This document shows, one piece after another, positions 38,932-53,643 of a DNA stretch of 64,000 nt. The stretch's first letter is position 1; each line of letters opens with the position of its first letter. This stretch comes from Octopus vulgaris (taxonomy: Eukaryota). A model generated the notes under the pieces. That model was not told where the DNA came from and searched no databases. It saw nothing but the letters and a program-made list of their open reading frames with translations. The stretch spans positions 64,852,001-64,916,000 of the forward strand of contig OX597825.1 of the NCBI GenBank assembly GCA_951406725.2. The letters are read 5' to 3'. A program made the translations under genes and the position numbers.

Positions 38932-39151
38932 TTGTTTCAATCATTTGACCCCCGGTCATGCTGGAGCTCTGCTTTGAAGAGTTTTTAGTCGAACAAATCG
39001 ACCCCACAAATTAATTATTTTTTAAGCCTACTACTTATTTTATCAGTATCTTTTGCCAAACAGCTAAGTTGCGGGAACGTTAACACACCAGCACTGGTTG
39101 CCAAGCAATGATGGTGTCAAGCACAAACACACACACACACAGAAAAACATA

Positions 39152-39247
<96 letters not shown>

Positions 39248-39406
39248 TATATACATTCGACAGTCTTCTTTCAGTTTCCGTCTACCAAATCCACTCCCAA
39301 GGCTTTAGTCGGCCCGAGGCTAGAGCAGAAAATATTTGCCCAAGGCGCTACGCCTGGGACTGAAGACGAAGCTACATGAAGGAATCTTATTACAACTTAT
39401 CCACAC
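38932..39406 (-). mobile_element. SINE family A, degenerate, with expanded internal microsatellite
   Basis: ttgtttcaatcatttgac...catgctggagc...tttcagtttccgtctaccaaatccact...gggactgaa. Confidence 0.85.
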
Positions 39407-39687
39407 TTGTGCCTCTGTGTGTGTGTGGGGGGGGTTAACATATATATGCGAGTGTATATATGGCTGTATCATAAGTAATACCCAGTACCGCGTTCAATCC
39501 ACTCCCCTCTCCCGTGTAGAATCCTGGGCGAGTGCCTCCAGGTATAACTGCGAATCGACAAAATCCTTGTGGCAGGCGGCAATTGACAGAAGTTCGTTGT
39601 ATATATGTATGTATGTGCGTCATCCTGCCTATTTTTATTCATTACAAAATCTGTCAAACGGTGATCTTGTGCTTACGTCCGCGTAAC

Positions 39688-39719
<32 letters not shown>

Positions 39720-39780
39720 TTGTGTGTGTGTGTTTGTGTGTGTTTGTGTGTGTGTTTTTGTGTGTGTGTGTGTGTGGTGT

Positions 39781-39963
39781 GTTCACCGAAAAAAAACAAA
39801 AGATGAAGACAGGTGGTGTAGACTACAAACACATGTATTTGTATAACGCTCGGAAAGGGAAAAGTCTTCAATGTTTCGAGCCTATGCTCTTCCACAGAAA
39901 GGAACACAGAAAGAAACAAGGAGAGAAAATAAAGAATGTGTAGTAGCTACCGATCTACCATGG
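39781..39963 (-). mobile_element. Family H hammerhead-bearing repeat (degenerate core)
   Basis: Minus strand ctttCTGTGGAagagcataggctcGAAAcattgaag. Homologous to 19942-20153. Confidence 0.75.
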
Positions 39964-40155
39964 TGAATAACATATATATATATATATATGTAATAGTATG
40001 TTTCTATTTAATTCTTTCTTATTGGTCTTTTGTTTTGTATTTTTGCAAGTTAATGCAGATAAATTTAAATTTATTTATTTATAAATACATATACATATCT
40101 ATTTATACTTATACACATACATATTCATATGTGTGTGTGTGTGTGTGTTTGTGTA

Positions 40156-40201
<46 letters not shown>

Positions 40202-40391
40202 TGTGTGCGTGAGTGAGTGTGTAGTCCTCGACCAGTCGACGAATGAATCAGCATTAGTTTACGCAGTCCTGGACAACAACATAATTTATGTTTTTTTCGC
40301 AGAAACACAGGGGAGTGGCCATGCATGCAAGTCTGTTTCATCAACAACAGCAACAATGCTTATCGAAGGGAACAGTGGGGGACGTAGTAGT

Positions 40392-40505
40392 TATCCACTC
40401 CGATAGGATAAAAGGCAAATTTGACCCCGGCTGGATTTGAACTCGGAGTGCCGACAGACGAAACAAATATCAGGAGGCATTCTGTTCAACGCTTGAACGA
40501 TTCTG
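40392..40505 (-). mobile_element. Family B SINE fragment, degenerate
   Basis: aggataaaaggcaaa...gatttgaactcgg...cagacgaaa...aacgattctg. Confidence 0.6.
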
Positions 40506-40519
40506 AAATTTCATCGTGC

Positions 40520-40605
40520 ATACATACATACATATGTGTGTGTGTGTGTATGTGTGTATGTGTGTGTGTGTGTGTGTGTCCATATGCGTGTAGATACATA
40601 TGTAT

Positions 40606-40645
<40 letters not shown>

Positions 40646-40832
40646 TATATAGAGGTAATATATATATATATATAAGTATATATATATGTACATATATGCA
40701 TACAGATATATATGATATATGTACATATACATATACTGTATATATATATATATATATGCATATATGTAAATATATATACACAAATATATATATGTACATA
40801 TATGCATATATATCTATATATGTATATATATA

Positions 40833-40897
<65 letters not shown>

Positions 40898-40950
40898 GCA
40901 CACACATACAGACGCACGCGCGCACGAGCACACACAAACACACACACATG
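40520..40950. repeat. (TG)n/(TA)n/(GA)n compound microsatellite
   Basis: Directly visible. Confidence 0.95.
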
Positions 40951-41308
40951 AACCTCTCTGTGTTTAGGTGTTTGTATGATCTGTATACGTGTCGGTATTC
41001 ATAAATTATCAATGGTTGCTGATATCGAACTTTTCCTTTTATCTGTGGGTAGTTGGTGATGAATCTGGCCTCCACTGGCGACTGATCAGTCTCCGTTGCA
41101 CTGCGAGCTGTAATATTCTTTATACGTTAATCAGAAAGAGGAGGAGGAGAAAGAAGGAGGAACTCTGAACTTTAACCCGTGACCTATAACATATGCAGAC
41201 GTTTCCAGACGTGTGAGATCGATGCAGTTTATGCTCACTTTGAACATCTGCACTAGCTTGAAGTTGTGGTTTTGTATCATTGTGCTAGTTTAACAAATCT
41301 ACACTATA

Positions 41309-41349
<41 letters not shown>

Positions 41350-41505
41350 ATGTGTTTTTGTGTATGCTTACGTATATAACAATACTGATATATGTATATG
41401 CGTATGTACAAATATAAAATATATGCGTATGTATATGTATGAATAAAGATTAATATGTCTGCGTATGTATGAATAGTATTAATATATGTGTATATATACG
41501 AATTC

Positions 41506-41564
<59 letters not shown>

Positions 41565-42057
41565 CGTATGTATAAATATATATATATACACGTATATATA
41601 TATATAATATATATATAATATTTATGCATATATATACATATTTATGCATATATATATATATATGTGTGTGTGTGTGTTTGTGTGTGTTTATGAGGCTTTC
41701 GCTTACGTATAGTGATACTAATAGCCTGATGTTATAACTCAGTATGCATATTCTGCAGAATAAAGCCTTTGGCAAGTGCAGAGCGTTATATGATATTAAA
41801 TCAATGTCGAGATAACAGGAATTACCTTATTGACTAACAGCTGTTTCTGCGTTACGTTGTACTTACTGTCGAGCTGAGCGTTGTGCATCGTCCCTTAGCT
41901 TCGTCGGAGATTCTAAATTAGTGTGTATGTTAAACTGGGAGTGTTTTCATATATGGGAATGTTCACCATCGAAAATATAAACATACATGAGAAAATGATA
42001 TAACTTATGTGTGCATATATGTTTGTTGTGTATTATACTTATAAATCGGCGACTCTC

Positions 42058-42349
42058 CCGTCGTCAGACGTGTTATGCGGATTCGGCAATTTCTTACCGA
42101 ACAACAACGCAAATGATTTGTTTATAGTGATCAAGTGTTTATGTACGCATAAGCTTACTGCTTCCGTCAAATCGACATTACCTTACAGGTGCACCGTGTG
42201 CCACATGTCAGATAACAAAAATGATCACACAGCAACGTGAAATGAAGTGCTTTGCTCAAGAACAGAACGCCACGCTGGATCTGGGAACCGAACCCACGAT
42301 CTCTCAGTCGTGAGTGCAACACCCTAACGACCAAGCCACGCGCCTGCAC
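42058..42349 (-). mobile_element. SINE with family C-type head/CORE (42231-42349) and a different 3' body
   Basis: agcaacgtgaaatgaagtgctttgctcaagaac...caccctaacgaccaagccacgcgcc matches family C. The left boundary is uncertain. Confidence 0.7.
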
Positions 42350-42362
42350 GCACACACACACA

Positions 42363-42364
<2 letters not shown>

Positions 42365-42414
<50 letters not shown>

Positions 42415-42720
42415 ATGTATATATGTATATATGTATGTATGTATATATATATATGTATGTATATATATATATGTATGTATGTATATATATATGTATGTAT
42501 ATATATATATATGTATGTGTATATATATATATATGTATGCATGTATATATATATGTATGTATATATATATATGTATGCATGTATATATGTATGTATATAT
42601 ATATGTATGTATATATATATTTATATGTATGTATATATGTATATATGTATATATATATATTTATATATATGTATATATGTGTATATATATATTTATTAAT
42701 ATATGTATATATGTGTGTGA
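42365..42720. repeat. (TA)n/(TATG)n degenerate microsatellite (source of the 227-aa spurious ORF)
   Basis: Directly visible. Confidence 0.95.
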
Positions 42721-43540
42721 TGTGTGCGTATGTGAGTGTACGTATAAAATGTGTATATGTGATGCGTGTGTGTTTATACGCACATATACATACACACATG
42801 TATATCAAATTAAATAAGTTGATGTATAAACCTACTCCAACATATATACATATGTATGTTATTGTGTCTGTCTGTATTTGTGGATTATTAACATACCTTT
42901 CAGGTTGTGCATACTTATGTGCCAGTAATCTATAAATCAGAATATCTGGATTGGAATATCTTCGGGCATATCGATAATCGTTCACGCTTGACTTAAAGTA
43001 CATTCCTACTTGCAACATATAAACGACTAAAATATGACGTGGGTAATGTAGAATTCGTCTTCAATGAATATGCTTTATTCTGCTGAATTAGCATGGAATC
43101 ATGCCATCTAGCTCTTTAAAATATCTCTTTAATTAGCTTCTAACTAATTATGGGATATAGCTGCATATTGCTTAGTCATTTTTTGTGTAGTTTTTGCTTT
43201 AGTATTTTTTAGCGATGGTGATCTGATGGGGAAGGTAACATCGGTTTAAATTTTTGTATTTCTTTATGTTTTTGTCTTGCTTCACTTCTTAAAATACAAG
43301 TTGTATCACCTGACACTCATACACCTCACCTAGAGTTTTGTTGGGTTTTTTATTTCTTGTAGATTGTGTATCTTTTTTACTCCTTTATTTTTATAATTTT
43401 CTTTTTTTCTTGCATTTTGTTTTTGCTTTGTTTTTATTTTTTGGAGTGGGGTAGAACTTTTTTTTTCTTTTGTTCGATCTGAAGATTTAACCTAGAATTA
43501 GAATTTCTGCACTTGAAAATTCTACTAAATGAGATGAAAC

Positions 43541-43541
43541 G

Positions 43542-43615
<74 letters not shown>
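43541..43615. repeat. (AAT)n microsatellite
   Basis: Directly visible. Confidence 0.97.
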
Positions 43616-43618
<3 letters not shown>

Positions 43619-44659
43619 ATGATGATGACGAAGAAAGCGAAGTAAACAAAGAAGACGAAGAAGAACAAGAAGAACAACAACAATAACAGCACAAATAATG
43701 ACAATGAAAAATAAAATGTAATAATATAAATAGTAGAAATAGTAATAATACTATAAATAATAACAGTCGTAATAATGATTATTTCGGTTATGATAAAGAA
43801 ACACAATGGCAGTTGAGGGAATCCTTTGATGATATTTCTTGTACTAGTGTGTTTTGTTTATTGTACTTTGTTTTTGTTTTTGTTTTACTTTTAATTCTTG
43901 GTTAAAAAATTTGCTTTGGTCCATGTTAGTTGTTTTCTTTTTCTCAATCAATATTAGCAATGTTGGTCAATTACATCACTGACGTTGATTAGTATCCTCA
44001 TACTAATTCACAAATAACCGCAACAGGAGCAGTAGCAGCGGCAGCAGCAAAAGCAGTAGCTTCAACAATATCAGCAGAAACGACTAAAAAAAAAGATAAT
44101 GATTACGATAATTTGATGTGAGGGTTGATAATGGTTGATAATTCACGAAGAAAAGAACAATAATGATAGCGATGTTAGCAACGGAAGCTAATCTTTTTTG
44201 TTAGATATTAATAAATCAATATTAATTTAGGTATTATTATTGTTGGTGGCGGTGGTGGTGGTGGTTTGGTGGCGTTGTTGCTGTCACTTGCTTTGAAAGG
44301 TCGTGTTTCACAAATCTGTGGAATATATTGTTACTTCGTGGATAAATTTATGAAATCTATTTTATATTTTTCAAATTTAAAAATGAAAGTCATAGAAGAC
44401 GGCAGACGAATATTCGAATGTTTTCTCATAACCTTGAGACTTGTTTTCAGACATTTCAAATTATTCTCGCATTTTTTTACAGAGAAATAAATTTACTCGT
44501 TTCATTAGGTGGCCAAAATTTGCAGGAAATGGTCACCAGAATCATGAAAGCTCTATCGATAACAAATATATTCCCATATTATCTTCAAAAACAAAAATAT
44601 AAAAAACATCTTTGTCATCTTATTACAATTATTACAATTATGAAATTATTATAATTAAT

Positions 44660-44666
44660 ATTATTA

Positions 44667-44719
<53 letters not shown>

Positions 44720-44753
44720 GTTATTATTTCTACTACTATTAATATCATCATCA

Positions 44754-44808
<55 letters not shown>

Positions 44809-44863
44809 GGCGGTGCCCCAGCATGGCCACAGCTCATAAGCTGAAACTAGAATCAATCAATCA

Positions 44864-44932
<69 letters not shown>

Positions 44933-44955
44933 CATCATCATTATTATTATTATTT
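44660..44955. repeat. (ATT)n/(ATC)n microsatellite interrupted by a short retroposon 3' end (44809-44863)
   Basis: ggcggtgccccagcatggccacagc...ctgaaac matches the family A 3' tail, followed by (AATC)n. Confidence 0.85.
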
Positions 44956-45252
44956 TCGTTTCATTTCATTTAGTAGAATGTTCAAGTGCAGAAATTCTAA
45001 TTCTAGGTTAAATCATAGAACTTGAAAACAACACGGGAGAGCATGAACTGTAAGAGAAGAAAAAAAAAACGGAATTTCAGATAACTGGAACTCGAAAAAT
45101 TATAATTAACATCCTTTCATTGCGTTTACATATAGTTCATTGCTTCTTAAACATTCTGACTACCACCCACTAACACATTTCTCACCGACACTACAATTCA
45201 GCAAAATTAGCTGTACCAGATGCATATGCATCTGTGTATGTGTGTATATATG

Positions 45253-45286
<34 letters not shown>

Positions 45287-45429
45287 TGTATGTATGTATG
45301 TATGTATATATATATGTATGTACATATATATATATATATATATATATGCATATATATGTATATATATGTATATGTACATACATATATACATATGTATACA
45401 TATATATTTGTATATATATATATACATAA

Positions 45430-45794
45430 GCGTAGGAGTGGCTGTGTGGTAAGTAGCTTGATTACGATTCATATGGTTCCGGGTTCAGTCCCACTCCGTG
45501 GCACCTTGGGCAAGCGTCTTCTACCATACCCTCGGGCAAACCAAAGCCTTGGCAGTGGATTTGGTAGACGGAAACTGAAAGAAGCCTGGCGCATATATGC
45601 ATATATGTATGTGTGTATATGTTTTTGTGCCTCCGTTTGTTCACCCAACATCGCTTGACAACCGATGCTGGTGTGTTTAGCGGTTCGACAAAAGAGACCG
45701 ATGGAATAAGTACTAGGCTTACAAAGAATATATCCTGGGGTCTATATGCTCGACTAAAGGCGGTGCTCCAGCATGGCCACAGTCAGATGACTGA

Positions 45795-45795
<1 letters not shown>
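45430..45795 (+). mobile_element. SINE family A, near full length
   Basis: gcgtaggagtggctgtgtgg...ggttcagtccc...ggcggtgctccagcatggccacagtcagatgactgaa. Confidence 0.92.
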
Positions 45796-45825
<30 letters not shown>

Positions 45826-48101
45826 TATGCGCATGTATGTATATGTATATGTACTCATATTCTTCAAAATTTTAATGGAGGAAAAGAGAAGTCCAACCAA
45901 CGTTACGTCCGTTTCACTGAGCTACTGTTATTTATTGAATAGCAGTGGTCACCGAAACATATGTAGCATTGATTTGACTATTTTTCTCAATTCAAATTAT
46001 TTTGGTTCAGTCTATGAAAAATAAAACATGCCTTGGATTGGTGTTTCCTTTAATGATTGACCTATCGTTTCCGTTAATGAAAAATATTTCACCTTTACAG
46101 TACTATTCGAACACATTGCTACCCGATTTCCTTAGAGGGTTGCTACTGAGATAGTCTCTTGGATTTTACTTATTCTCTTAATTGTATATACATAAAAGTG
46201 TGTACGCGTGTATGTGCGTTTTGTGTGTGTGTATATGTGCGTGTGTGTGTGTGCACAAATACGTCAGGATTTCGACGTTACCTAGCGCAAAATTTGAATA
46301 ACAGTCTTTTTTGCACGTATCAAGATATCTACAAAATTTGACAATTAAGTTTGAATTACACTTTTGTTTATTGTTTATATTTTATAAATACGTTTAGTAT
46401 ATATATATATTGTTTTTTTTATTTATTCATATTTTGAAGTCTATTTATATTGTTGATGTAATTGTTATTGTCGGTGCAGTAAACGTGACTAACAAAGACT
46501 TTATCATGACATAAAAGCAAAAATATTTAAAGTTAATATTTAAGGATGAGACTGAAACAAAATATATTGTATACAAGCATCTATCGCCCACTTCAACCTT
46601 CACAGACATCAGCATCCATAGGTACTGACTGCCTCCAACAGATGACACCACCCCCTCTTAGAAGCACTCTTATATGTCAAAATAACGTACTTGTCATCAA
46701 TCAGCTTCCAACTAAAAAATGCCAAGACACAACAGAATACGTCGCAAATGATAGTACATTGCTTCCTGTCCAGAAAAGGCTAAGGGAAAAAAGCTGAAAT
46801 CCGTGTAAATGTTTTTTGCATGCGTAAATATATATATGAAGATAAGGTATGTCCCAATGTGTATAACGTACATCCGTATGTTCATGACGTATGTTATGTA
46901 TTCATATATGTATAACGTATGTATATAAGTAGGGAGGTAGGTAAGTTTCAGGATCAATCAATAAAGTAGCAAGGAATTACTCTTTCCGATTGTTGCTTTC
47001 CCTCACTCCCTATCTCTCTCTTTCTATCCCCCATCTCTCGCTCTCTTTCTCCCCCTTATTAATTTACTCTCTTTCTCTCCCAGTCCCTTGTGTTCACTGA
47101 AAGAAATCAGCCGTTATCAGAGCTTGGAAAAATGATCCGCCACGCTTAAAACACCCAAACATGGCGTATATCATTTTCCCTTGCGGTTTCATCAGCGGAT
47201 GAGGGCCCGAGATATAAATATTTGCTGTTCTAGTATTAACAATGATTTTGAGGTATAAACCAATTACTGTTATGATGATTTACGAAAGGATTTGGGTCAA
47301 TTATATTGACTAGAAGATTGACCTTCCCCTTCTGAAATGTAAATTTGTGCCAATTGAGCACAAACAATAGTTAAAGAGATTCTAAAGAAACATGCTTCAA
47401 AATATAAAATGCGTGGGAGCATGTGTGTATATATGAATATGCTTGTGTGTGCGCGCGTATGTATATATATGTGTGTGTGTGTTTGTAGGTGCGTGCTTGT
47501 ATGATAAAAGGAGACGTGATGGAAAAGCTTTTAAAGAATTGGCAGTATGTTGCCAGAATATTCATTAAATCATAGAATACTAAACAGCATATCCCTTTTC
47601 CCAAATATATATTGTCATCGTCGTTGTAGTAGTAGTAGTAGTAGTAGTAATAGTAGTAGTAGTAGTGGTTTTGGTGGTGGTGATAGTGGTTATTGTGGTG
47701 GTGGTGGTGGTGGTGGTGGTGGTGGTGGTGGTAGTAGTAGTAAAGGCAGCAGTAGCGTTATGTTATTGTTTATTTGCTAAGGATCTTTAATTTCAAAAAG
47801 TGCTCATTTTCTTTTGAAAAATCTCATTAATTCCCTTCGGCATATTTGGTGGTTCTTTGTAGTTGTTGATGTTGCTTCTGTTTTAGTTGTTGTTATTGTT
47901 GTTGTTACTATTGTTGCTGTTTCGTTGCAAGCAGGTTTTTGTTCCTATATTTCTTTCCTTCTTTATTTATTTTTTTTTTTTTCAACTTTTTTCATCTTAT
48001 CTCAAAACAGTCGAATTGTAAAACGATTTTATTAAAGATATGCAAAAGATGATGAATTGAAGAAAGAGATAAAAGCGAAGAGAGACAGAAAGTGAAAGAG
48101 G

Positions 48102-48137
<36 letters not shown>

Positions 48138-48907
48138 GAAGGAGAGAGAGAAAAGAGGAAAAGGGTGTGGCGATAGTTTAACTGAAGGAGGTTGAAAAGT
48201 TAAAAATCAAAACAAAATGGTAAAAAGTTCACAAGAAATAGATAGATATCTTGAATAAGATATATCTGGGCGTAAAGAAGCAACAAATGATGGAGTTAAA
48301 GAGAATATTTAAGAATATCACCAAGCAATTAACTTCACACTAATAGGGATTAATAAATTCAACACCGTAAATTTCATCAATGCTAATGAAGTAAACCTCT
48401 GCTCACCTTTGTATTGGTTCCAAATAGTATCGTAATATATCTTTTTATACAGAGGGGTAATATTTATCAATAGTTGACTTATGTTCTATTTATTCGACTC
48501 AACGTTCGTGCACTCACAAAGAGCCTCAACATGTTAGTCGGAGTAGCAAAAAGTTTTTTTTTTTTTTTTTTCTGAGATCATACTCTGCTGTATTGGAATG
48601 AGCGAAAAAAGGTTACTTGGAATAAGGGCATCCCAGATATGTCCGAAAATGGTTGTATTCCGCTTGATATATTCAACCATGGCTGAACAGAAATATAAAA
48701 AACAAAAACTACAGATAATAATTAGGGGTCTGAACACCACTGAATTTTTCTCGAATTACGCCTTACCATATTAAATTATTAAGGCTGCATCGATGGATGC
48801 ATCCCTGTGGTACGCAAAAAGATCAATTGCTCGCAGCTGGGATCTACTTGATCATAATTCTACGCGATTAGGTGTGACCTGGGAGGCACAAAGAATAAGG
48901 TAGGGGT

Positions 48908-49105
48908 AATGACCCCTTCCGTCATGAATGACCATGGCATTGCACCTAAAATGTTCCCCTCCGAGGTACAAGTCTAGGCCAAGTTTATGCAAAGAACCAG
49001 TAGTTGCCCATTCATACCAGCCTCCCCTCTCCACGCCACTGATGTTATCGAAGGGGAAGGCAAAGGCCGATACAGCTTGGCACCAGTACCGTCGCAACTC
49101 ATTTC
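48908..49105 (-). mobile_element. Probable 3' module of a SINE (head missing)
   Basis: GC-rich block ending ...gtcgcaactcatttc, similar to the ...gttactcattttt junction that precedes the family C CORE block. Confidence 0.45.
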
Positions 49106-50339
49106 GACGCAGCATACAATAATTTGTATAATTTTTCCTGTAATTGGTACAAATTAGTTTTCTTCAATACAAAATGAGAGTGCCGATAGATTTTTGGGTG
49201 ACGGCCTTTCACTTTGTCATTGATTTCGTGAGCTCATTATTATTTTTTAGTGCAATTTCGGCTTCGCGCTAGTGATTGTTTGTCCTTAACGCTTATCGTT
49301 TTCTTGACAGTTGACCAGTCCTGAAACGCCTATGCCGCTTAAAAAAAACAATTTTCGACTTAATCAACCTTCTGTATAAAACTGACGATGTATTTTTTGA
49401 ATCTCCAGCTTCAGGCAAAATTTAACTCGTTAATTCACAGGGTTATTGTAACACAGCGTTACAGTACCTCGTACAATACACGACCACGCGTAGACGGTAT
49501 GAAGCCTTTTTGAAGACTAATATAGGCGCCGATCTAGCAAAAACAATTAGCTGCACGCGCCTTACTGTTCAACTGTGGAATCTTAGCACGTGCAATTTGG
49601 AAACTTCCTGATAAAACCTCATATCTGTTTCAAAACACTATTTCTCATTTATAAAGAACTTTGCCAAAAATATACGTTGATATAAATATAATCTCTTCTG
49701 ATATCAGTCTTGTATCATGCATTGATTTGGGAATTAAGTACTTCTAATGATCTTATTTTACAAGAATGTACAAACTTTACTTTAATATGTAAATGCTTTT
49801 ACTGCACACTTCTATAAACACTAATTAATGCATCTGTTTATTAGCTGAATTGGCTCTGCTACATTTCAGTAATATATATTTCTTCGGCTCACGAGTAAAC
49901 ATGGAATACTTTAAAAATACACATCAAAGATAACAGAATTTTACTCTGACATGAAACTCGGGTCATGCAACTACTTAAATAGAATGACCATATGCGTTAT
50001 CTTGTTGTACGAGAATGAAAATCATTCATGATGTGAAATAATAATCCGATTTCTCAGTTGATTCTTGATTTAAACATAGAAAAATTTTCGTTCTACTTTG
50101 TCTTATTTCAATTGAGTTACTTTATAATCATCGGAATGAGGCTGATACATGGTCACTCGGCGTGCAAGAAACAGGAGTCAAAATTTTTCGAATCACACAC
50201 TACCATGTACCAAATGGAAGTAATAGATTGTATAATGTAGACTTCGATATCGTCACAGAGAGGAGAAATAGTCTTAGAAATTACTGGAGAATTCTATAAG
50301 TTGACCATATCTCTACTCGCTTAGAAACAACATGCTGTT

Positions 50340-50750
50340 AAGCAATAACAGAGCTATCAACCATGTGATTTTGGGTTCAGTACCACAGTGTGGTGCCTTG
50401 AGGAAATGTCTTCTACTATAGCCTCGGGTCGACTAAAGACTTATGACTGGATCTGGAAGACGGAATTCCAAAGAAGCCCATCATAAATGTGCGTGTGTGC
50501 ATGTGCGTGTGCGTGCGGACGGGCGTTAGTTTTTTGCGTTTATGTCTATACTCCCACTGCTTGACGACTGATGTTGGTCTATTTACGTCCTAGTAACTTA
50601 ACGATTCGGCAAAAAGTAACCGATAGTATAAGTACTAGACTGTAAAAATGAAGCGTAAGTACTGAGTGTCGAATTGTTCGACTAAATCCCTTCAGGGCCA
50701 TGCTCCAGCATGGCTACAATCCAGTGCTTGAAACAGGGAAAGACAAAAGG
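50340..50750 (+). mobile_element. SINE family A, degenerate
   Basis: gggttcagtacc...gtcttctactatagcctcggg...ctccagcatggc...gaaacagg. Confidence 0.8.
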
Positions 50751-51639
50751 ATATCTTTAGTGCTGTCGTCCATCCCATTGAGTAGATTTCTCCCTTTACA
50801 ACCATGAAACATCAACCGATGTCAACATCTTCACTATTTGAAGCCAAATAACTTATGCAACATCAGGGTGGATATTAAGTAATGCGTGTATGTGTTTGAC
50901 AATAGCGCTGTTTCATTCAATGGGAACTCGTCGATATTCAGCAAAAAAAAAAAAATATATATATATATATGCGCATGCACAGACACTGATATACACACAT
51001 ACACACATACATACAGATTCATTCACTCAGAAATTTCAAACAAAGAAGCATATACGCACTCTGACAGACAAACGCAAAATACATGTAATTTGATATTTGA
51101 ATCTAACCTTCATTCGGAAGGATGAATGAAGCTTTCCTCCCCAGCCACCCCCCTCTCCCTCTCCCCCCCTCTCTCTCTCCGTCTCTGTCTCTTTCTCTCT
51201 CTCTCTCCATCTACATACGCGCCCACACATGACTATGATACGTACCTCTTACTTTTCCACTTTCCTCCTCATTCATTTACATTGAGGTTGTCATTGCCGC
51301 TGTTGTTGTGTCGGAAGAATTTCAACAATTAAACCCTATTCCCTTTTGTTTAATTGATTTAATTAATCCCTGTTGTTTTCAATTATCGCTTCCTTCACTT
51401 TTCTTTTACTTTTCTACAAATTATTTCTATTTTAAAGGGTTTTTTTTCTTTTATTGTTTTCAATCCACGTAATTGTTTATCTTTATTATCATTCCTAAAG
51501 TATTGTTTGCTTGTCATGTTTTTATAATTTTGGATTTCAGCTGAACACTGGTTATGAACTCATCTCATCCCTCTCTAAATTCTCGGTTTCTTAGATACAG
51601 AAACCTATATGAAAAGTAATAGAGAGAGAGAAAGAAACA

Positions 51640-51676
51640 TATATATAAATATATTCGTATAAATATTTACATGTAT

Positions 51677-51733
<57 letters not shown>

Positions 51734-51762
51734 GTACATACATTTATATATATTTATATATG

Positions 51763-51811
<49 letters not shown>

Positions 51812-51905
51812 TTATAAATATATATATATATATATATGTATGTATATATATATATATATGTATGTATATATATATATATATATATATATAAAGAGAAAGA
51901 GAGAG
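51640..51905. repeat. (TA)n/(TATG)n microsatellite
   Basis: Directly visible. Confidence 0.95.
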
Positions 51906-53404
51906 TGGGGTGTTAGGTCTGTATAAGGAGAAGGAACCTTTGTAATCAAACTGCCAAAAGAAGTTAAGATAAAAGTCTACATAAAACGCAGCTGGCATAT
52001 TTAAACGGTTCAACAACACGGAATAGTTAAGAACACTCACACGCCTACACACACACACACAAATACACATTACAAACACTCATATACCTATGCCGACACA
52101 CACACACAAGCGCACACATATACGAACACGCACACAACTTAGGCAACAGAGCGTGGTTGCGATATTCGCTCCCCAATCACGTGGTCTTAGGTTCTTTAGC
52201 ACTTTCTTTAAGATTTATCAAATGGCTTGTGTTTTAGTTTTTGGGTTAACCAATATTCTGTGGCAGGAATTTCGAAAGTAACACATTGCAGAAATCATTG
52301 TTCTTTGTGTATGAGCGTGTGCGCGCTCGTGAGTGTGTGCGCATGTATGCGTGTGTGTGAGTGCATGTTTGTGTTTGTGAGCGTGTGCATGTATACATGT
52401 ATTTGCATATATGTCTTTGTATATGTATGCATATACAGGCATATGTATTTGTGGTTATATTTCTACATATCTGTGCATGTGTGTATATATATCGGTGGTA
52501 CATGTCTAATTTGTTGCAGTTATTCTCATAACTTAGCGATATTTTAATTCAAGGCAGTGGTCCAGCATGGCCTCCATCCAAAAGCTGTAGCCAGAAGATA
52601 GAAATAAGAAGATGGAGTAACGATGTCGTTAGTCTTATATGAACTGGTATTTGCTACTCTTGCTGCTAACGGGGATAAATCTACTCACAAATGATCCATG
52701 GCTGAGGGAGTTGTTACTTCTGTTTTCTAATGTAATTGTTCACAGAACCCAGTAAAAGCAAGCTACTCTGCTAATTGTGAAAGTCGTATAGAAGTTGGGA
52801 ACAGCAGTCTCTAAATCCTGCTAATCTTATCGTCATTCTATAGGGGTTTCTTTTAACTTCTCCTCGGCAGGGAAAAATGAGTATTTACGTGGACTTCGTT
52901 GTCATAGTTATAACAACTAGACTCTCTAATCTGTACCTTCAGTCTCACTGTTTGTATTTATGCTCCCACAACCGGGTTCAGTACTGGAATTGCCATGTTT
53001 TCTGAAAGTCACATTCTTTCTCTTCCCGGCCACATGTCGATCCCCCTCCCTTACATTTTCATTACCAACCTGTACTACTCCACAAAAAACGACACTATGC
53101 CAGCGGTTAATAAGACTAGTAATAACCCTAACGGCCATCCTTTTGTTGCGTTTCTTAAATTTTTCCTTTGTTTTCCTCAAATCGCCATTTCCCTGAGAAC
53201 TACTTTGTACAGACTTTTAACTGCTATTTCTAATGTTATTAAATTACTTTTGTCAAAGTAGTCTCGAGAATTTTTTTTGTCGGTGTGTTTTCCATGAATT
53301 TTCTATAATCTGTTTCCCTTTCCGCGGCTATATTATTCTGATTTTGTATTCTGTTTCCCTTTCCTACCTTAGACCTATTCCTTCATTTGTTTAACATTCA
53401 TATT

Positions 53405-53643
53405 AGCTAGCAGAATCGCTAACACGCCGGGGAAAATATATAGCGTCATTTCGTCCGTCTTTACGCTTTAAGGTGGCAAGCTGACAGAACTGATAAGATG
53501 CCGGACAAATTACGATACTTAGCGGTATTTCATCCGTCTTTACGTTTTATGGCGGAGGGCTAGAACCGTCAATACGCTGGGCAAGGTTCTCAGCTGTATT
53601 TCGTCCGTCTTTATGTTCTAAGCTCAAATTCTGTCAAGGTCGA
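53405..53643 (+). mobile_element. Three tandem family B head fragments
   Basis: Units of ~65-80 bp ending atttc(g/a)tccgtcttta(c/t)g at ~53465, ~53545 and ~53615. Only the last unit continues into the B box. Confidence 0.7.

Noticed and set aside
42252-43018. Longest ORFs in the track (227 aa, 205 aa) and the many other YI/CV/TH-rich ORFs
   Set aside because: They are translations of (TA)n, (TG)n and (TATG)n microsatellites, which lack stop codons in some frames.
47163-47198. Minus-strand CTGATGA-AACCGCAAGG-GAAA hammerhead-like string
   Set aside because: Stem II is only 2 bp and misregistered, stems I and III do not form, and there is no second copy. Probably chance.
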